Source: Octopus sinensis (taxonomy: Eukaryota). Taken from it: a DNA stretch of 64,000 nucleotides. The position numbers and the translations under genes are program-made. The stretch lies in the NCBI RefSeq assembly GCF_006345805.1, contig NC_043003.1:110856001-110920000 (forward strand), written 5' to 3'. The notes beneath the pieces were generated by a model. That model made no database searches, was not told the DNA's origin, and was given only the letters and a program-made list of their open reading frames with translations. This document shows, in pieces, positions 1 through 12,751 of this stretch. Position 1 is the first letter of the stretch. Each line of letters opens with the position of its first letter.

Positions 1-208
1 ATCTTCATAAAATTATGGCCAGTATATATTACTTTAATGTATAACTGTAGTTATTTTATGTTCTTGTCTTAAAACTGGTAATTTCAAGTTAAATTATTAC
101 ACCTGAAGAAGGAACATCCGGCCATTCCTTTACCTCCCACAACATAATCATCAACTGCCCATTAATTATTAGTTGCCGCATAAATTACAACACACACACA
201 CACATATA

Positions 209-252
<44 letters not shown>

Positions 253-331
253 ATTGCAGCGTGGAAGGTGTTTATAAGCCATTTAAGAAACACACAAAAG
301 CCATTCGATTCACTTCAACATTTAAGTTTAA

Positions 332-382
332 TTTGTCAAAATATTTTCGTCGCTTTAAGACCGCGACCTGTTCACTGACAAA
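332..382 (-). ncRNA. Minimal type-I hammerhead ribozyme motif, G3:C8 core variant
   Basis: Minus strand UUUGUCA-GUGAACA-G-GUCGC(GGUCUUAAA)GCGAC-GAAA-AUAU-UU-UGACAAA. It has a 7-bp stem I, a 5-bp stem II and a palindromic stem III (AAUAUU). Confidence 0.7.
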
Positions 383-403
383 AATCCGTGCATCACGGAT
401 TTT

Positions 404-453
404 TTTGTCAGTGAACAGGTCGCGGATTTTAGCGACGAAAATACTTTGACAAA
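404..453 (+). ncRNA. Second hammerhead motif (G3:C8) in the other arm of the palindrome
   Basis: tttgtca GTGAACA g gtcgc ggatttta gcgac GAAA atac tt tgacaaa, with one mismatch in stem III. Confidence 0.6.
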
Positions 454-590
454 TTAAACTTAAATGTTGAAGTGAATCGAACGGCTTTTGTGTGTTTCTT
501 AATGGCTTATAAACACCTTCCACGCTGCAATTGTTTTCGTTTCAGCACACGATCTCAGATCAAATCACTTGATATGCGAGTACATCTCCG

Positions 591-640
<50 letters not shown>

Positions 641-1849
641 TACATGTGAGGTATTACATTGAATGTTAGTCATATTTTTGCAATGGCTCAATTAAAGCCA
701 GTACTATAATGAGTAAATTGCTAAAGAAAATGTACCCTGGACATACTGACAGAAATGTTTGCCTATGCATTACGTAGCACTAATGCTGCTTGTCTGTGGG
801 TAGCTAGAAATATGATAATACCTCACTTTACGAGAAACCTCCTTACGAAACCCCTCGTTACCACTTTTGTTATAAAAAGTTAAACAACAATTTCTTGTGT
901 GTGGAAAATTTGCAACATATGGCGTCTACACAGCAACGGTACAAATTACAGATGTGAACTATTTAACAAATCATTATTGCTTATATTTAAAATATCTCCC
1001 TCGACTATATGTCGGTAACCTAAACTTACACTCTAGGTTCAGAGGTTTCAGTCATCTGTATTTCATTGATTATGCTTTCATTTTACATACACGTTTAATG
1101 TAGCAGAAAATAAGCATGCAAGTCTGCTGCCCTGGAACTAAATAAGTTCAAGATGAAATTCTTTTCAATAGAACATCGCTTTCATTTATTAATAGGCGTT
1201 AAATTGTTTAGGTGCACATACAATTTTGAATTGCTAATCATTTTATGCCTTAATTTGTGAGGTTGCTTAAAATACTTATTCCTATATTTGCATCTGAAAT
1301 AACCTTTCAAAGAACATAAGATATAACACAATATCTGAATGCATATATAAGACATTTAGTGATTTACACGTATTCATTTCTTAAGAGAATTGATCAATTT
1401 CCAAATTGCGCCATATCAGTTATAGATAGAAAGATAAACCTGTTTTACTGGAAAACGTTTATGTAACAGCTTCAAATTATAATGAATAATGATGTGACCA
1501 TTTCATAATTTATCCTATATTTCATTCAATTTATCCTTATATTTTAGATAAGTACGGATAGGAAACCTAAAATTTCTGTATATCATGACAATAATAAAAA
1601 ACAAAATATTATATGCTCAAAAAATTGGACCCGGTATTCATTGATCAGACACCGAAAACTTATGAAGAAGGACATGCGATTTGACTTGACAGAAATTGAA
1701 AGACTATCAATCACTATAATATGCTACTTTAAAGCAACACTAGCCCAGATACATACGCTCCTCTCTCACCCTACCCCTTGCTCGTTTTTTCTGTCTCTGC
1801 CTGTCTGATTCTCATTCCATTTATCTCTCTCTCACGCTCTCCCTCTCTC

Positions 1850-1932
<83 letters not shown>

Positions 1933-4160
1933 ATACATATATCTCTATACCAATAAGCATATATATATACCCTACAACTCCACTTTGTTATATATATATA
2001 TATATAATATATATATATATACAGAGGGAGAGAGAGAAATTGAAATATGAGTGTATGTATGCACATGTGTGAGCTTTATACTGATCTAAGAAAATACGCA
2101 ACATTTTATACATTTATAGTATTCTAATCAATCAAACGACAAAGTTTCACCAACACCACCACCAATAGCACACAACTAACAGCACCCCAAAAAAAAAAGA
2201 AATCTAAATGTATTTGTTCGACTCCTATCTAATTGTATCCGACAATGGTCACTCTACTTCAAAATGATACCTAGCAAAATAAAAAAAAATAATATTAATA
2301 ATCAAATAAAACGAGATAAAATGATTGGAGTAGTGAAGGAATACTAAAGAATAAGAACAAAAATATCTAACCAAGACAACTAAAGCAATTGTTGTTTGAA
2401 GTCGATGTGCAGACGTTTGTAGTTTCCTTCTAATACATCGAACATTGATTTCTGTACAATTCCAAATTACATAGAACAATATAGATGTAAAACAGCACAA
2501 ATATAAACCTTACAGTGTTTTTGTGGGCAGGAACAAAGTGCTGTTTTTTCTAAGGTCGGCTATGATATTTTGCGTAAGCTACTAATAATCTAATTTCCTC
2601 CATTAACTTTTTTTTCACTTTTGGTCAGTTTCATTTCTTGTTTCGACAAGAAGTTGATTTATTTTCCTGTTACAACACCGTTTGATGTATTGTATCGTCA
2701 TTTGAAACTTATCGGCACATGAGGTGTGTTTCTTTTATATTCGTTATATGAAACCATTATAACTAGCTAGACAGCAACGAAGAGAATAATTGAATTGATT
2801 CGTTAGACACAACACAACATACATAGAAATATGAATACAAGCACACACACGCACATACGGCAGAAACAACAAACACAATAGTAATTTCTCACTTAGATAC
2901 GCTATTAAGTCGCTTTTCTTTTTATATAGAAGGAAAACAGTCGATATGTTCGATCACCCATTTTGGGAAGGTTGTCATATATTATTATATCGAAGAACTC
3001 AGTACTCATTAACTGGCACTTCTTGTATCGAATCTGAAAATGCACAGTAGGTAGAGGGACATGACTATACTGTCAATCATATTGTCCGTACCTTGACCGA
3101 TTCTTTCGGCTAAACTGCCTCTTTCATTATAGCAAGATCCATTTAGTCATAATGAAATCGATACAAAGAATGTGTAGATTAATATGAAGGCTAATAAACA
3201 TCGAAATTATTGATTTTCCTTGCGTATGTTTTGTGTCGTTTTCGATATGAGGTCAAGTGCATTCACACATCGACCATTTAAACTTCTGAGTTTAGATGTA
3301 ATATCCCTGGTTAAAACTAATACATTTTTGACCAACTCTAAGATAGTAGGGTGCAGTTTAAGCTTCGATTTATCAGATATCCATCACCCCTTAGATGTTT
3401 TCAGTACCAATGATTATTGTGAGAAATAATCCTTAAAGAAATTATATTTATAATTTCGTGTTGTTTTATTTTTGAGAAGGGAAGACGTACACAAAATGAT
3501 GATTTTCGCCGTACGGCTGGCTATAAAACATGATTTATAAAACATGATTAAAACTGTGCGAGTTGTTATTTATATGAATTTAATATTACAGTCTCGAATT
3601 ATTACGAACTTACTGAGTAGGGCTCATTCGTGCATACAGTACAAAAGGTAATGTGACAGTGCTAGTCTCTATATTCACTGATATTTGTGTAAGAAATATA
3701 GATCTGTTCTTGTATCTTGCAAGTGTGCTTGTTGACAGACAACCCTACGTTATTTTCCAACTGCATTATTTAAACACTCAGGGCCGATTAAGAATAACAA
3801 ACTATATATTGTAGTTATGAAAAGGAATAGATAAGAATGCCAAGTTATCCATATACTATTATCGTTACAAGAGAACAAAGCATTGTCTAGAAAGAGATTC
3901 AGAAATATAACCTTCCCTGCAGAACCAAAAACTGAGATTCCAGGTGGAGGGCTTATACTTCCAGAAGAAATCACGATGATCCTAGTTAGCATTAGAACTT
4001 GTGCTTCGATGCATTTGAAGCTGAAAAAGTATCGTCAGCAAATACCGAAATACAAATAGTTCTGGAAACAGCTATTTTGTTGTATATTGTAAGAATCTTA
4101 CAAAAACAACGCTAATAATAACTATCGTAATAGCAACAACAAGAACAACAACAACAATAA

Positions 4161-4743
4161 TACTAGATGCAATACCAGGCACTGGCTGTCTTGGATTCTG
4201 ATCTTAAATGTTTGGAAATGTTATCCTGTACATGTATTGCATTTGATGGTCTACAGCATTTGTCTTTGATGTGTTATTGATAGGCTACAGCAAATATTCT
4301 GCTCAAATACCGCAGATTTGCTTGTCAGTTGTTTCACCTTAATCAATTCAGCATGCCTCTTAGTGGATGAGGAAATTTGCATCTCTAATCACGAACAGAA
4401 GCAGTGTGGAAGCATCATAGCCATGCGTTGAGAGGAATTATTCGGGGTTTAAATTATTCACACCCGGAAACATGGTTGCTTCGTTGAGCATCCTTAAACA
4501 ACACTTGTTGAGGGACTTTTTGAGCGGGATGGGCTACTCGACATGAAGAGATTTCTAGCTTTGCTCCCACCTGCAAGTTCATGCGCTGTTTACCTTGATA
4601 TGAGCTCACCATGAGGCACACATATGGATGTGATTCATGTGTCTCGTGAACCCTTATCACACCGGTAATCATGATAGGTATACTGGGCTTTCTATATATT
4701 ACTACAGTGTCACTTTGATGGCATGCACTGTTCTCTCAATCTC
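4161..4743 (+). mobile_element. Non-coding ~560-bp interspersed repeat in (TAA)n, older copy
   Basis: Colinear with 4951-5503 and 61037-61406 and flanked by AAT/AAC tracts. Confidence 0.8.
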
Positions 4744-4810
<67 letters not shown>

Positions 4811-4823
4811 GATAATAATGATG

Positions 4824-4865
<42 letters not shown>

Positions 4866-4930
4866 TTAATAACAACAACAACAACAACAACAACAACAAT
4901 AATAATAACAACAATAATAATAGTAATAAA
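4744..4930. repeat. (AAT)n/(GAT)/(AAC)n compound microsatellite
   Basis: Read directly from the sequence. Confidence 0.95.
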
Positions 4931-4950
4931 TACTCTGATGCAGTATAAAT

Positions 4951-5503
4951 GCCCTGATGCAGTACCAGACAGTGGCTCTCTGGCTTCTGATCTTAACTGA
5001 TTGGAAGTGTTTTTATGTACATTGTTTTGTCTTGGTATAAAAGATGGGCTACAGCAAATATTCTGCTCAATACCACAGATTTGCTTGTCAGTTGTTTGAC
5101 CTTAACCAGTTGAGCATGTCCCTTAGTGGCTGACGATATGTGCATCTCTGATCACGAGCAGAAGTAGTGGGGGAGCATCATAGCCATGTGTTGAGAGTGA
5201 TTCTTTGGGGTTTGAATAATTCACCTCTGGAAACATGGGTGGTTCTTTCAACATCCCTAAACAACCCTTATTCAGGGACCTTTTGAGCGGGATGGGCTAC
5301 TCAACCTGAAGAAAATTCTAACTGGGCCCCACCTGCAAGGTTATGTCCTGTTTATCTTGATATGAGATGACCATGTCGCGCACATATGGTTGTGATGCAT
5401 GTGCCTGGTGTATCCTTATCAGACATGTAGTCATGATGGGTATATTGGGCTTCGTATATTTTACCCCAGTGTCACTTTGATGGCATGCACTGCTCTCTCA
5501 CTC
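4951..5503 (+). mobile_element. Non-coding ~550-bp interspersed repeat in (TAA)n, best-preserved copy
   Basis: Runs from gccctgatgcagtacc to cactgctctctcactc, followed by (AAT)n at 5504-5614. Confidence 0.8.
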
Positions 5504-5539
5504 AATAATAATATTAATAATAATAATAATAATAATAAC

Positions 5540-5614
<75 letters not shown>

Positions 5615-5615
<1 letters not shown>

Positions 5616-7720
5616 GGCAAAATTAGAACCGAGAAATGAACTATGGCACATTGTGATAAACACCACATTAAAGAAACATCAAAAGAAATAGATGCGTATC
5701 AAGGGATTGCGAACAAGTCATGACAGCATTCTATATAGCAGTGAACCAATCAGGAGGTAATGCAACTGACTGAGCATAAACATCATGCGTAAAATACATC
5801 TAACACCTGCGGAATTAGAAACAAAGAAAATGAAATCACTTCCATCCAAGAAAATCTGGTTGAAACAGTAGATGCAAGCACTGGGAATAAGGAACTGAAA
5901 ATCATTATCAATATATTGATAAATACAACTTTCAGCATAATGCAGGGTTCTTAGAACATGAAGCAGTAGATAGCTGAAAATAAGGTAACGGAAACTAGAA
6001 ATAAACCGGAAGCTGCAATGGCTGTAGCCAGTAGATAGAAGATACTTGAGGCAAAAGTCGATATCTTGTTGGGCGTTTCTAAAAATATACAATTGAATGA
6101 GATCAATTACCAAAGTTTCAGAACCCAAATCAAATTGTTGTACGTTCAACATATATGACTATGCCATGAGGCAGCTTCTCTTTGAAACTGGGACACACTT
6201 AACTTCGTTAAACTATTTTATGTACTCAATATTTATTGCTTCCATATAGAGATAAAGGCGTCGGACTAAAGAACGAAAACTCCCAAAACAGGACTCGAAT
6301 CGCCAATATAAAAAGAGAATAAGTCAGGAAATTAATGGGAATTATCAGTTTTAGGCACACAAAGAAAATAATGTAAATACGAGAATGGAACAAAAGAAAG
6401 ATGAAGTAAAAGGACAATCAGTTAAGCATGAATGGAGACTGGAGGCAAAAGAGATAGTCGAGCAAAAAGTTCAGGTTAACGCCCAACGCTTACGGCTTAC
6501 GCAGAAATGAAAGCAGAAACAAATTTTACAGACAAAGTAAGATATTTAAAATGGCTGCTGAGAAATTCTACAGAGTTAGGGAAACCGTCAATCGACGCAA
6601 AAGTCTCACGTGAAATACTGACATTTTTGGAAAGTATATAAAGCAATAGAAAAGAATTTAACGTGGAAGCTAAATGGGTAGGGAGAGGAGAATAAGGAAT
6701 GAGATTGAAGAACAGGTATGGGAAGATATTACAAAGGAGGAACTAATTCAGGTTCTATCTGAGACTCACAAATTCTGGCTTAATAGTCTCTTATAATCAA
6801 ACTGCTAGTTAACGGAATATTTCTCTGATTTTATCAGGAATCCCATGTGAGTGCAAAGCTGTTAATAAAGAGTATGATACGTGAAAATTACTGATCAAAA
6901 AGACGAAATCATATCATAACATGGATTGACTATTTTAAGGCGTTTAATATTTTCCCCACATAGCTGGATCATAAAGACAGCTATGTGTCATGAAATATTC
7001 CAGGACGATTCCCTCTCCCCTCTTTTCTTGTCTCTCCCTTATTCCCTTGTCTCACGAGTTGAATAGAACAAATTACGGGAACAAAATGTTTGATAAGATC
7101 ATCTCACACTGCATGGATGATCTGAAATTATATGCAAAAGATGACAAGGATCTGAAATGGTTACTGGTAACTGTGAAACAGTGCAATGATAACATCAATA
7201 TGGAATTTGGCCTAGATAAGTGTGCAAAAATTATATTAAGACGCGGTAAACTGACAGCTAATACCTGCCCCCAACTTGATAATGACACAACTATAAAGGA
7301 CCTGGATCAAGAAGACTTGGAGTAAAGACAAGAATAGAGTTCCAGCACTGGCCAATAAAAGAGAACTTCAGGAATTAATATTATTGATGCGACAGAAATA
7401 TCCTGAATAATGAGCTGAACTCTAGCTATAAACTAGCTGGCAATACCATTTCTCCGCTATAGCCTTAATGTCAGTTGGGATTTGAATGAACTACGACGTA
7501 TGGACGTAAATACCAGGAAACTGATGACATCAAGCAGCATGCATTACCCAAAATTAGGATCTATAGGCTGTATCTCTCAAGGAACACCAGCGTTGGAGTC
7601 CTCATTCAATTTGAAATGTCCTATAAAACGAATAAAACGAATAAAATGACAACAATGAAAGACATCGTTAAACGTAGAAGCGAACAGAACTTTTGAACTC
7701 AGATGTCATCATTCTCAATA
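5615..7720 (+). mobile_element. Decayed Dong/R4-clade non-LTR retrotransposon (RT region)
   Basis: ORF 6990-7325 has SHCMDDLKLYAKDD...MEFGLDKCAKIILRRGKL, typical of R4/Dong RT. Many stops and frameshifts. Starts next to (AAT)n. Confidence 0.8.
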
Positions 7721-7854
7721 AAGAGAAATGAATCCGTTACTTGTTCTCTGTCGTTTGTTCGTTTTATACAAGGTCTCCCGTTGCTTGTTATATCAAAGTC
7801 AACAAAGATAACAAAAAAAAGAGGAAGAACAGTGAAACATTGAGGGAACGTTGG

Positions 7855-7916
7855 TAATAATAATATAATATATAATATTCTTATTCTTATTATCATTATT
7901 ATTATTATTATTATTA

Positions 7917-7950
<34 letters not shown>

Positions 7951-7998
7951 GTTATTCATATTCTTCCTCTTCTTCTTCTTCTTCTTCTTCTTCTTCTT

Positions 7999-8029
<31 letters not shown>

Positions 8030-8069
8030 TTATTATTATTATTATTATTATCATTATTATTATTACTTA
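7855..8069. repeat. (TTA)n/(TTC)n compound microsatellite
   Basis: Read directly from the sequence. Confidence 0.95.
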
Positions 8070-8325
8070 TAATATGCATGTTTACTACAATCACTTGCCG
8101 AGACACACGAAACGTCCTAGAGCAAGAGAAGGATAAATGATGTTACAATATAACTGAAAGCTTGTTGAGGGGAAGTAGCGAGGTATCTTCATGTAATACA
8201 ACGCAAAAAATTTAATGTATATAGTTTTTCTAAGGATGTGGTCAGTACGTGTCAGTATAATCTTTTGGATTTTCTCTGAGACATGGTTCACCTATAATCT
8301 TATGTAGACGTTCGTGACATCCCTT
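8070..8325 (-). mobile_element. 3' end of a Dong/R4 LINE (C-terminus plus 3'UTR)
   Basis: Minus-strand EKIQKIILTRTDHILRKT resembles the R4/Dong C-terminal IQKxxLxxTAHILR motif. Flanked by TTA repeats. Confidence 0.6.
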
Positions 8326-8361
8326 TATTATTATTATTATTGTCTTGTTCCTGTTGTTACT

Positions 8362-8580
8362 AAAGCAGCGAGTAGGCAGAATCTTTGGCACGGACGGGAA
8401 TAATGCTTAGCGGCATTTCGTCCGTGTTTATGTTCTGAGTTCCATTTCCGCCAAAGTCGACCTAGCCTTTTATCCTTTGGGTGGGGGGTTAAATAAATGC
8501 AAGCTGCATGCTGGACTCAACGTAATCGACATTCCCCATTCTCTGAAATTGCTGATCTTGTGCCAAAATTTTGAACCATT
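8362..8580 (+). mobile_element. Diverged tRNA-derived SINE, same family as 19738-19964
   Basis: Shared segments include atgcttagcggcatttcgtc, ttctgagttc, ttccgccaaagtcgac and gccttttatcctt. Confidence 0.7.
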
Positions 8581-9125
8581 AATATTATTAGTGTGATTTC
8601 ACAAATTCATGCGGCAGTTGTTTTATTTCAAAGGTGGTTTTATTATTGTATTGAGCTTACTATATGCGCAATGTCTTTTAGTCTTCCATGCTGCGTCTCT
8701 GCCCTCTTGTTTTAGCTTCCTCCCTTTTTGATATATCTGTTTTCAATCTCTGCATATTCCCTGTCTCTACTTCCTAACCTTTAAATTTCGATAATTTAAA
8801 CAATACATTCGGAGATATCGTGCTGTCGGTTAGAATTGATAAATCGATTATAAGACATATCGTTTCTTGACTGCCTTTTGACAGCAATATCCTCTGAGTT
8901 TGCCGTAATCTCTTTGTCTATAGATATTGGCATGTCTGAGAGTATACTCCTTAGTCATTCTCCGTCACACGTGTTCTTACGCACATTTCTTGCATCACTT
9001 TTTTCATTGGGGATTTCAAAATGTTTCTTTCAATTCCACTACACAGCGATATAAAGCTGTTAGTTTTTTATATATTTCTCTCTATTTTTTGGGCTCTCTC
9101 TTTCTGTAAATTTCTGTAAATTACT

Positions 9126-9189
<64 letters not shown>

Positions 9190-12147
9190 TATATATATAT
9201 GGGGGTGCATGTGCATAAATATTTATATATAATATATACATATGCGTTCATTCACACATATACACACACACATATTTATATGTTTGTGTATATATATATA
9301 TATATATATACACGCACAAGCATATATATAATGTGTGTCTATGTGTATATATATATATATTATATATATATATATATTATATATATATATATATAATATA
9401 TATATATATATATGAATGCATGTATATATATGCACACACACACACGCATATATACATATATATTGTATTGAAACTAAAACAGGATCTCTGTAAACGATTT
9501 GATTGATTGTTTCTGCTCAACCTCCTTTCGCATGATCTGCTGTTAGTCTTTCTATCATGGTTCATCTTATGTTTTTACGTTTTTATTTCTATTTTTATTT
9601 ATTTATTTATTTATTTATTTGATTATCCTACTGCAATAAATTTTTCCTTTGGTCTAAACTTTGATTCCCGCACTCTGAAGCTTCTGCTAAGTTTTTCTAT
9701 TAATCACTTTTGTAATTTTCAGTCTTGTCAGGTATAGGCCATGTTAGTGATTTACTTCCTATCGCTTTAGCATGTCATTCTTAATCCCGTTTTCAGCTCT
9801 TTCGGCATTTTAAATGTTTTCGTTTTCTTGTTATCGTTGCGCATGCTTCTTCTCCATGCTAATTTGTGTCAGTTACTTCAGCCTTTGGTTTATATTTCTT
9901 GGCATCCTTGAAAAACAAAAATTAGTATATTTGTTTTACTCGTAAACTTTTTATGAAATTGCATGTTTCCCTTTGTGCTTTTACTTGGTATTTTTCTAGT
10001 TCCATAGTAAATATGTTAACAATGATATTCTAGTTTTAGAAATTACAGCTCCGTATTCTCTATTCATTTGCCAGAATTTGGGTTTGTGCATTCTAAATGT
10101 CGTTATCTTGTTTTCCCATCTACATGAGAATAGTGTATGTGTATGTGGGAATGTGTGTGTGTGTGTGCATGTGTGTGCAGGATAATATTAACAACAAGAA
10201 CAACAACAACAACAGCTGTAATAATAATAGTAATAATAATGATAAAAGCAATAATAACATTAACAATTGTCCCCTTTATTTGCCTTCATATATCTGTCGT
10301 TGAATGCCTAAAATCATATCTAATTACCCATGAGTCTCAGTTCAACCTAACTATAATAAATCTCATATTCAATATATGAATCTAATTCCTGACTTGCTAA
10401 TAAAATTATTTGTTAATTTTCTAAACTTAAAAGTTATCTTGGTGCATATGTTCTTATCGAATTTCTAAAAATTCATTATTATTTTTATCATTATTTCCTG
10501 TCGGGGAAGCTTTTCAGCTATACAGCATATTTTTATGCTCTTTCTTCTTGTGATTATATAGTTTCTTTCTTCTTCAACGACCAAGATGACGACAGCACTC
10601 CGACTAATACATAATACACAGTGTATTATAGGCACATCATAAACCTGATAAACTGCCAGGTACCCTATGAACGAACGAAAATAACCAAGATGCTAATTAC
10701 TGAGAAGCTGCCAGTTGCAGCAGCAACGATCAGAAATGAACATTCTTTAGTGAGATTCTAGCGAAAACCAAGAGGCACTAGAGCGTGCAAATATTTTCAT
10801 TACTTAGTTTACACAGCTGGAGTCGCGTTTGCTTTGGTTGGGACATGCGATCTTAATGTCGAACATTAAAAAAAGCAAATATATCGTAAGATTTACAGCG
10901 ATCTCAGTTTTAGAAATTGTCGAGGAAGGCATGTGAACTACTGTAAAGAAGTTTTCCTCAAACAACTACGCGAAGCAAATGGCCTGATTGTGACTGCTTT
11001 GTAGAAGACTCTGTTATTAAACGCAAAGTAAAGTGTAAGGAACACAAATAAACGCACGAAAGCTGTAAAGTTTAGTCTGGGGTTGGGGGAGAAAAAGGCG
11101 GATAAAGGGCAAAGCTGGAAGCAATGACTAAAATTGCTTATCTGACAACATTATTCTGAAATATAGAAATTCCTCGCTTAGTGGAAATAATGCGTCCCTG
11201 AAGAGCTGGCCGTAACGCGAAATTTCGTACTGCGTTATTCATTTTCCCATTGATCTTCATATGAAGTAAGAATGGTTTCCTACGAGCATTTAACAAAAAT
11301 AGAGAAGAGCAAGATAACAATGAATAACAGCTGCAAATAATTATTTCTAAATACACACGGTACAATATAATCACATAAAAGCAGAAAAACTTTTCAAGAA
11401 GACTAAGTTATGGAATTAGAATCGTACTATTGTAAGAGTAGATTCTTAACACGAAATATGTTGAGTATTGAGGTTCAGAGACAATATTAATAGTCATGAA
11501 CATCAGCTTGGGAACTGAAAAGCATCCTAATCTTTTGCTTTTATGACGGATCATCTCATTTTACAGCTCTGTATAGGAACTGAAATCGTTGTGAAATCCT
11601 CTAGTAATTTTTATGTTCCGTTCATGAAATCCCGTTAGCTGAGGCACGTAACGCGAAGGAGGCATGTATGAGTGAGCATGTTTGTACCAATGATTTTCTG
11701 TTGATTCACGAGGAAGGAGAGCAGCGCTGATGAAGATTTTTCATATTTAATTGAGGAAGAAATAATCATTTTCTGCTCTGACATCACGTGTGATTTTGTG
11801 TGACGGCTTGTGTATGCATGCACACACACACACACACACACACATACACACACATATATATATATAGAGAGAGAGAGAGAAAGAGAGAGATAGAGAGAGG
11901 GAAAGAGAGAGAAAGAGAGAGATAGAGAGAGAGATATATACATATATATACATTCATTAATATCTATTTATATTTATATATATATGCAGGTATAAGTTAC
12001 AGGTGTTTACAACCTCCAGGGGATGAATATATCTAAAGGCACTCCTGGTAATTACCTCAGTAGTTATAGTCCTCGGAAAAAGTTATATGGCAGCAGATAA
12101 TTTGGCGGTTAAACCGTAGTTTATTTTAAATAGACGATAAGAAAATT

Positions 12148-12378
12148 GAGGGAAAATGACAATAAGAAATGTATGTTTTGCGCTAGGACGCCATTGCATA
12201 ATTACTTAAAAAGGTGAGAGTCAGAGTGAGGTTTCTGTGTGCCATGGTGAGGAATACATATATTTCCCTCACTAGGGTAAACAGAAACGATCGTAAACTC
12301 ACTCTCTCTCACCTTTCTTAACTAATTAAATAAGGGCTTCCTAGCACAAAATACACTTCTTATTTTTATTGTTCCTCC
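12148..12378. mobile_element. Imperfect ~230-bp palindrome (fold-back MITE-like)
   Basis: Complementary blocks: aataagaaatgtat/atacacttcttatt, gctagga/tcctagc, aaggtgagag/ctctcacctt, tttctgt/acagaaa, gtgagg/cctcac. Centre near 12260. Confidence 0.7.
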
Positions 12379-12484
12379 ATTTACTTATCGTATATATATA
12401 TATACATATATATACACATATATATATACACACACACACATATATATATATATATAAGTCTGGTGATCTACCGACTGCGCTATG

Positions 12485-12665
12485 CGGGAGAATTTACAAA
12501 AAAGATAAAAGACGAAGACAGGTGTGTAAACAAAACACAGATGTATTTGTTTTTAACTCTCCGGAAGTGAGAAAGTCTTTTACGTTTCGAGCGTAAGCTT
12601 TTCGACAGAAAGGATCACAGAAAAACAGGGAGAGAAAATTAAAAAGGTTTAGTGTCTAGCGATCT
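12485..12665 (-). mobile_element. Penelope pLTR-like fragment between microsatellites, same family as 53436-53635
   Basis: Colinear with 53436-53635 and contains a hammerhead motif. Confidence 0.65.
12577..12612 (-). ncRNA. Minimal hammerhead-like motif, U6 core variant
   Basis: CUUU-CUGUCGA-A-AAGC(UUAC)GCUC-GAAA-CG-UA-AAAG, with palindromic stem III ACGU. Confidence 0.55.
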
Positions 12666-12717
12666 ATTGACACATGAATATATGCATGTATGCAAACACA
12701 CATATTCGTATATGTTC

Positions 12718-12751
<34 letters not shown>

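Larger units (their letters stand above)
250..593. mobile_element. Short non-autonomous Penelope-type element: palindrome with ~140-bp arms (250-534) plus a tail, inserted in (TA)n
   Basis: Arms 250-390 and 394-534 are near-perfect reverse complements around a 3-nt loop (cat). A single-arm relative lies at 55275-55465. Each arm carries a hammerhead motif. Confidence 0.75.

Noticed and set aside
100-135. CTGAAGA followed by an AGGAA..TTCCT stem
   Set aside because: No GAAA or stem III follows; at most a truncated motif.
261-523. Near-identical ORFs on both strands (MEGVYKP...)
   Set aside because: A by-product of the palindrome, with no protein motif.
4951-5010. HDV-like ribozyme at the 5' end of the TAA-targeted repeat
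   Set aside because: I could not build the nested P1/P1.1/P2/P3 pseudoknot or find the L3 consensus by eye.
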